A DNA stretch of 64,000 bases, taken from contig NC_135768.1 of assembly GCF_052425735.1 (NCBI RefSeq), positions 2,046,001 to 2,110,000 of the forward strand, in the 5' to 3' direction. How positions within the stretch are numbered: position 1 is the first letter of the stretch; each line of letters opens with the position of its first letter. The translations under genes and the position numbers were made by a program. Source of the stretch: Oculina patagonica. Taxonomy: Eukaryota. The notes beneath the pieces were generated by a model, which made no database searches, was not told where the DNA came from, and saw nothing but the letters and a program-made list of their open reading frames with translations. Of the stretch, positions 58,401 through 64,000 are shown in pieces.

Positions 58401-61400
58401 ATATCAGAGCATAAAAATGATACTGTATAATGGGCACACCTTGCTTAATTCCTGAAAGGGTGAAAGGGTCACACGCAACAATGTCCCCTCGAATTTTTGC
58501 TTAAATCGAACATTACCAAAAAAGCTCCAAATTTCGCATGCAGGTTTGTCTAGGCATATACTAAAACCTGAAACAACGAAACGAAACCAACGAAACGAAA
58601 CGACCGAAACCGCCGAAACGAGCGAAACGAAACTGCCGAAACAACCGAAACGGTCAAAACGTGCGAAACGAAACGAAATCACCGAAACAAGCAAAACTTC
58701 CAGAATTCCGTCACTTACCATACTAAACACCCCGTTTAGCCTACTTTACACTTCGATTAGCCTACTACACACTCCGGTTAGCCTACGTTTCACTTAGGTT
58801 AGCCTACTACACATTAGTGATAAAAATTTGAAACCCTGCGCAGCGTAGGTGCTGAATGTATAAATGAAAAAAAATGTAAATACTACGCTGTAGTCAAAAA
58901 AACTATTCCCGACGTTTCGGCAATGCTGCCTTCTTCAGGGGGACAAAACTATTTAGCTGTTAAAAAGTTTGTTGTATCACACGCGCATTTAAATAAATGC
59001 TCGCGCACGTTTCCGCGCGCGCGAGAGCGCACGATAATACAAAGAAGCTTCTGGAGAATAACTCTGGAAACAACACCGCCAATGACAGAGTACCATTAGT
59101 CACCACCTTCCACCCCATGAACCAGGACGCCTGCAAAATCATTTCAGGAAACTTCAAGATCCTTCACGATGATAGCACGACCAACAATATCTTCAGAAAA
59201 CCACCATTGATGGCTTTCAGACGTGCCAAGAATCTGAACGACTTGTTAGTCAAAAGCAGTCTACCGCAGGACCCACCAAACCATCCAACGGGTACATTTC
59301 CCTGCAACAGGACCGTTTGCCGCACATGCCCCCATGTTAACTCATCTAACACAATTTCAACACCCAAGGGGCATGTTAACATCACAGGTCACTTCACCTG
59401 TACAACGGAGAACGTAGTATACTGTGTATCATGCGAGAGATGTCCATCGACCGTCTACATTGGGGAGACCGGGCGCAGGATGGCAGACCGTTTCAGGGAA
59501 CACCGCAGGGATGTGATCAACGGCAGGAATGACCTTCCTGTACCAGCACACTTTAACCAGCCGGATCACTCCCTGCAGGATATGAAGGTCGCTGTCCTGA
59601 AAGCAGGCCTGACAAACCAACAGTACCGCAAGAAACAGGAGATGAGATACATCTTCCAACACGGAACTCTGGCTCCGAGTGGACTTAATCAAGATTTTAG
59701 CTTTACGTGAATTGACTTCTTTGTATTATCGTGCGCTCTCGCGCGCGCGGAAACGTGCGCGAGCATTTATTTAAATGCGTGTGTGATACAACAAACTTTT
59801 TAACGGCTAAATAGTTTTGTCCCCCTGAAGAAGGCAGCATTGCCGAAACGTCGGGAATAGTTTTTTTGACTACAGCGTAGTATTTACATTTTTTTTCATT
59901 TATACATTATAGCCTACTACACACTCTGGTTAGCCTACGTTTCACTTAGGTTAGCCTACTATGCACTCCGGTTAGCCTGTTTACGGTTAGCTCTCAATAA
60001 TTGTAATGGGTTTTGCTTGTTTAAGTGATTTTGTCTCGTTTCGCTCGTTTCGGCCGTTTCGGGTTTTAGTACATGCCGTTTGTCTACATGTACTAAACAT
60101 CACCCTTGATGTTTTTCCAGTATTTTTCCTTTCCTTTTTTGAGATTTTACATAAATGCAAAGAAACATGGTTTTAGCTGACGGCATCTTTAAGAGCTTTC
60201 TTTGATAAATAATAAACAGAAGAAACCTTTTGTTCGCCAAAACAATGAAAACAGTGAAGATTATTAAAGTAAAAGGAGAACTTAAAGACATTTCTTTTCT
60301 CAACGGTGTGTAGCACCTTCCATGTGCTAACTGGGATTCTCCCAGGATCTGAAATAAATAGAGGATGTGAAGAAGAACATGCACATGTGCAAAAACATGT
60401 GCCTTTTGAGTGCTATCTGAACACTGCTTTTCAGTGAAGGGGTAAAAATATAAGTGTAAATATACAGTAAGTGTAAGCCCCCTAGAAAATTTTACCTTTC
60501 AGTTAAGAAAATTCAAAAAGAGTTATGGTAAGGACTTACAGTTTTGGTTTACAATGATTTTTATTTCAGGAAGAAGAAAGTCAATAAGGAAGTGCGGAGG
60601 ATGCAATGTGATTGTACCCTTGATGCCGGTAAGGCCTGGTTCACACTAGCGACATAACGACATAACGACATAAAGAAAAGTTCAGTTCTTTCCTTATGTC
60701 GTTATGCTTATGTCATTATGTTCCAGCTATGTCGTTATGTTATGTTGTTCACACTGGTGACATAGAACATCAATATGAGGTGTTTTTTGCATTTGCGTGA
60801 CCTTGCCGTTATGTCGTTATGTCGCTAGTGTGAACCAGGCCTAAGAATGTACAGCTTATTTTAAACCTTAAATTTCCTCGAATACTATGATTGTTTTGCT
60901 TGTATACTGTATTTGTTCAGTTTTGGGGGTAAATTATTGTCTTGAAGTACCACCAAATTTAAAGGTCTGATTAATATTATAAAACAGAATTGTATGTCTG
61001 GGATAACTATATTTTCTTGAATAAGCACCGCCCCCGAATAAGCGCCAACCCCAAATAAGCAACACATTTGGGACAAAAAAGTTACTAAGTGCCGCCCCCA
61101 AATAAAGGCTGCAGTGCTGATGTGGCGCTCGTTCGAGGAATTCTGTTTCACCTACAACAGCGCCACAAAGCAACTCTAAAACAAACTTGGACATTTCTTT
61201 TCATCAAAAGCGATGTTTTGCAGTTCAAAGTGATTGTTTTACCGCTGGCCCATTAGTTTTTCTATCAAAAATTCTAACAATAGATAGTTCTGTAAATGTT
61301 GTGAAGGCGGCAAACTTTGCCAGGACAGCTAGCTCCACTTTTCTGTTCAGAAAGAGACGAATACTGGCAATCAAAAGACGCCATTTTCAATTACTGTAAA

Positions 61401-63505
61401 ACAGAAGATTCTTTGTGGTGTCCAAATTTTAACTAATCGCCCCCCTCAAATAAGCGCTGCACTTGAGGCGCGAAAAATTTAATAAGCGCTGCGGCGCTTA
61501 TTCGAGTAAATGCAGTAAGTGTGGTAGAATATGTAGAGTGTGTTTCTCTGCCTAATAGACCTTTCTTTCAGCCTTTTTTGATTATTTTGTATTCATGCTA
61601 ATCTGTCCTCTGAACCTCGCTCCAGGCTCAATTTCGTTTTGATCTTTGCACTTGCTAACGAGGCAGATTAGCATGAACGCAAAACAATAACAAATGGCTG
61701 AGAAAGATCTATTGTTCAGGTAGCCTAGCAGAATAACTGTACTTGGGGTTGCACTCAATTCCAGACTTGTGAAGATGTTGCCATAGTGACCTGTCCATCC
61801 TATATACCGTAAAATTCCAGTTATAAGCGCTGGGCTTATACAACTTCGTAAGGGGTTTTGGATGGGCTTATAAACGGAGGGGCTTATATCCGGGAGGGCT
61901 TATAAGGCCATCCCAATAAAATGTTTCGTTTCCCATCGCCCCGTCTCTTGTGATGGTGGGTCGGTTGGTGGGGCAAAAAAAAAAAAAAAAGAATGAACAC
62001 TTGAAGGGTTCTGGGTTCCAGAAAAGGCCGGGCTGCTAAGCAAGAAAGCCTGATTACAAAGTCAACTCGAAAACGTGGTCTTTTCGTTCGTTATTCCTTA
62101 TCAGTCTTTAAATAACGTAGTATTGATGTTTATTGAAGACAAAGACATCACATCATACCAATTGTTGTTAATAAAACATGATCGTGTGCTTGTAAATTGA
62201 AGTACTTGCTTCTTTGACTAGTGAATCTGGATTTTTTTTTTTTTTTTACTTTTCGAAAAAAATGGGTCGGTCGGGCGATGGGAAACGAAACATTTTATTG
62301 GGATGGCCTAAGCGGAATAAAAAAAAACGTTTCAAACGAGCCACGGGAGTGTTGATCGAAATACGTTTTTAAGTTAAAAACACATAATAATGCAACATTT
62401 AGCCCTGTTCAGTACTGTCGTCCGGCAGAGGGGGGCTTATATCCGGGACAGCTTACAATGTATAATCGGATGTATTTTTTGTTGCCAGATAGATGGGTCT
62501 ATAACCGGGGGGAGGGGGGGGGGGCTTATAACCGGAATTTTACAGTATGGGATTTTTGTCCGACATACTTGTTAAACATAATTACCTAAGGGCAATCAGA
62601 AACAGTTCTTAACTTCATTTTTCCTTTACAGATTACCCTGATTCTGCTGGTTGCGGGGAGGACTGTCTGAATAGACTGTTGATGATTGAATGGTTTGTTT
62701 TTTGTTGCTGTTGTTTTTGTTTTACAACTTGTCAATTAATATTTACCAATGTCCAGCTTTCAATTTATCATTTTGTCTTTTTTTTTCTTCCAACAGTAAC
62801 AGCAGATGTACTTGTGGGGAGATGTGTAGTAACAAGAGATTTCAACAGGTTAGTAGCCTTTATTGATAGTGTCATTGCATTGTCAATCTCAGCCATGTTG
62901 TAGGCATGGTGACCTATTGCTTGGTGCTCTGGACTCTAGATTGAGTGGTCCGGGTTCGAGCACTGGTTGGGGCACTGCGTTGTGTTCTTGGGCAAGACAC
63001 TTTACTCTCATAGTGTTTTTCTCCACCCAGGTGTATAAATGGGTACTGCCAAATTTATTTCATTAATGATGCTGGGAGTAACCTTTCGATAGGCTAGCAT
63101 CCCATCCAGGGGAAGTAGAAATACTGCTAGCTGCCTCATGATACAGACACCTGGATAAGCTCCAGCCTAATGGGCCACTGGCTCGTATGCAAACTTTACC
63201 TTTTCTTTACCTTTACCTAAATCTCAACCATGTGGAAGGGGTCGGGTAGCAGCTCTCTCGAGATTTCACATATTAATTAAAATAGCTTGCCACACTTCGA
63301 CAAAAGAAACAACAGGAACAGTGCCCCTAGCCCCCAAGCAATAGCGCGCAACTGCTACACTAGAGGACCAGAGCTCTTATGAGAGTCCTGTCATATGTTT
63401 TGCTGAACTCTGTACAACTTTTTTTCAGGGATGTAAAGTAAAAGTTGAAGTTTTTAAAACAGAGAACAAAGGCTGGGGTTTAAAAACTCTTGAAGATCTT
63501 GAGCC
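55459..63505 (+). CDS. SETD2: Histone H3K36 methyltransferase SETD2/Set2, 5' part (AWS domain and start of SET); continues beyond the window
   Basis: Phase-consistent exons 55459-55508 (MSAEERSDNSGHTDDSG), 57624-57642, 58214-58302 (PPYYEHVEENVYLFDR), 60570-60628 (KKKVNKEVRRMQCDC), 62632-62692 (CGEDCLNRLLMIEC), 62797-62848 (RCTCGEMCSNKRFQ) and 63429-63505 (VEVFKTENKGWGLKTLEDL). These motifs match the SETD2 AWS/SET entry. The first two exons are less certain. Confidence 0.92.
57784..58001. mobile_element. MITE with CAACCCTCCAAGTT TIR and 5-bp TSD CCCTA, nested in an older MITE
   Basis: Perfect 14-bp TIR; TSD at 57779-57783 and 58002-58006. Confidence 0.85.
58903..58946 (-). ncRNA. Minimal type I hammerhead ribozyme (left, inverted pLTR)
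   Basis: Exact reverse complement of 59817-59860. Confidence 0.78.
58997..59710 (+). CDS. Penelope-type GIY-YIG endonuclease with linker Zn-finger; RT absent
   Basis: RVPLVTTFHP linker, PCNRTVCRTC Zn-finger and NVVYCVSCERC..YIGETGR..RFREH..VPAHF..H..E..GLN. The ATG lies inside the left inverted repeat, so the first ~17 aa are chimeric. Confidence 0.85.
   Translation: MLAHVSARARAHDNTKKLLENNSGNNTANDRVPLVTTFHPMNQDACKIISGNFKILHDDSTTNNIFRKPPLMAFRRAKNLNDLLVKSSLPQDPPNHPTGTFPCNRTVCRTCPHVNSSNTISTPKGHVNITGHFTCTTENVVYCVSCERCPSTVYIGETGRRMADRFREHRRDVINGRNDLPVPAHFNQPDHSLQDMKVAVLKAGLTNQQYRKKQEMRYIFQHGTLAPSGLNQDFSFT
59817..59860 (+). ncRNA. Minimal type I hammerhead ribozyme (right pLTR)
   Basis: TTGTCCCC-CTGAAGA-A-GGCA-GCAT-TGCC-GAAAC-GTC-GGGAATAG: core, stem II, ACGU palindromic stem III and GUC cleavage site. 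Confidence 0.8.
60633..60841. mobile_element. PIF/Harbinger-like MITE, TAA TSD, inserted in the SETD2 exon-4 splice donor
   Basis: TIR GGCCTGGTTCACACTAGCGACATAACGACATAACG / CGTTATGTCGTTATGTCGCTAGTGTGAACCAGGCC; TAA at 60630-60632 and 60842-60844. Confidence 0.92.
61006..61517. mobile_element. Tc1/mariner-type MITE (TACCGTA-like termini, AATAAGCGCC repeats)
   Basis: ACTATATTTTCTTGAATAAGC is inverted against GCTTATTCGAGTAAATGCAGTA. Confidence 0.65.
61554..61711. mobile_element. Short MITE with AATAGACCTTTC..TCAGCC TIR
   Basis: AATAGACCTTTCTTTCAGCC / GGCTGAGAAAGATCTATT, plus internal CATGCTAATCTG / CAGATTAGCATG. Confidence 0.7.
61805..62547. mobile_element. Tc1/mariner-type MITE interrupted by a Harbinger-like MITE
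   Basis: TACCGTAAAATTCCAGTTATAAGC / GCTTATAACCGGAATTTTACAGTA; a related remnant lies at ~40770-41148. Confidence 0.8.
61906..62308. mobile_element. PIF/Harbinger-like MITE, TAA TSD
   Basis: Perfect TIR GGCCATCCCAATAAAATGTTTCGTTTCCCATCGCCC, with TAA on both sides. Confidence 0.9.
62901..63218 (+). mobile_element. CORE-like tRNA SINE with (TTTACC)n tail
   Basis: GGTCCGGGTTCGAG B-box, TGTGTTCTTGGGCAAGACACTTTACTCTC and CCACCCAGGTGTATAAATGGGTAC. Confidence 0.85.
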
Positions 63506-63584
63506 GTAAGTCCCTCTTGCTACTTTGAAACATTGAGATTGTTGTTATATGATGTCGGCAACAGTATTTGATCATGTTTGTAAT

Positions 63585-63995
63585 GGGAAGCACAGTGGCC
63601 TAATGGTTAGTGCGTTGAACTCTGGATCAAGTGGTCCGGGTTCAAGCCCCTGCGTGTGTTCTTGGGCAAGACATTTTACTCTCATACTGCTTCTTTTCAC
63701 CCAGGTGTATAAATGGGTATTGGCGAATTAAATGCTGGGAGAGATGGACGTCTAGCATCCCATCCAGGGGAATAGAAATACTCCCAGTTGCTTCATGCTA
63801 CAGAACTCAGGATAAGCTCCTTCTTGCAGGGACGGCGGAGCCGGGGGGCTGGGGGGGGCTTTAGCCCCCCCACTTTTTTCGAAAAAATAAAGACTTTTTA
63901 AGAGAAGAGTCTCTTAAGCCCCCCCACTTAAAGTTACTAGTCAGCCTCCCCACCTGGAAAACTGCTCCGCCGTCCCTGTCCTGATGGGCCAATAG
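63585..63995 (+). mobile_element. CORE-like tRNA SINE interrupted by a CAGGG-terminal MITE (63827-63978)
   Basis: Head GTGGCCTAATGGTTAGTGCG..GGTTCAAGCC; the insert has TIR CAGGGACGGCGGAGC / GCTCCGCCGTCCCTG. Confidence 0.8.
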
Positions 63996-64000
63996 AATCA

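Larger units (their letters stand above)
58815..59908 (+). mobile_element. 5'-truncated Penelope-like element (Neptune-type) with inverted pseudo-LTRs
   Basis: 193-bp inverted repeats at 58855-59047 and 59716-59908 (2 mismatches), a 40-bp tail at 58815-58854, and a GIY-YIG ORF between them. Confidence 0.88.
58553..60077. mobile_element. Non-autonomous DNA transposon with 9-bp TSD GTTTGTCTA (Mutator/Merlin-like), host of the Penelope-like insertion
   Basis: TIR GGCATATACTAAAACCTGAAAC / GTTTCGGGTTTTAGTACATGCC; TSD at 58544-58552 and 60078-60086; subterminal CGAAA repeats and internal TTAGCCTAC repeats. Confidence 0.85.

Noticed and set aside
58855-59908. Classical cut-and-paste DNA transposon interpretation of the 193-bp inverted repeats
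   Set aside because: The ORF is a Penelope GIY-YIG rather than a DDE transposase, and the repeats contain hammerheads and equal the element's 3' end.
58800-59923. 14-bp TSD TAGCCTACTACACA around the Penelope-like element
   Set aside because: The target lies within the host transposon's own TTAGCCTAC tandem repeats, so a true TSD cannot be distinguished.

Overview
AT-rich eukaryotic (animal) genomic DNA. The gene content, small exons and repeat families suggest a cnidarian, probably a stony coral (inference). Three protein-coding genes can be reconstructed by hand: (1) an apparently intronless PAR/E4BP4-family bZIP transcription factor on the minus strand (2550-3257), with D-box and E-box motifs in its promoter and a ~37 kb gene-poor upstream region; (2) a 16-exon SEC14L2-like CRAL-TRIO+GOLD lipid-transfer gene on the minus strand (41217-54590, ~403 aa, several microexons); (3) the 5' part of a SETD2/Set2 H3K36 methyltransferase on the plus strand (55459 to window end), head-to-head with the SEC14-like gene and with an unusually short N-terminus. 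Introns are packed with MITEs (TA, TWA, 3-, 5-, 8- and 9-bp TSD classes) and tRNA-derived SINEs. The most striking object is a young, RT-less Penelope-like element in SETD2 intron 3: an intact GIY-YIG endonuclease ORF between 193-bp inverted repeats, each carrying a minimal hammerhead ribozyme. Also notable are an orphan hammerhead motif ~1.5 kb upstream of the bZIP gene, an intronic array of ~11 76-bp hairpin units, a Harbinger-type MITE inserted inside a SETD2 splice donor, and a candidate hidden spliced gene with a signal peptide at 17.6-19.1 kb. All calls come from manual reading; no searches were run.
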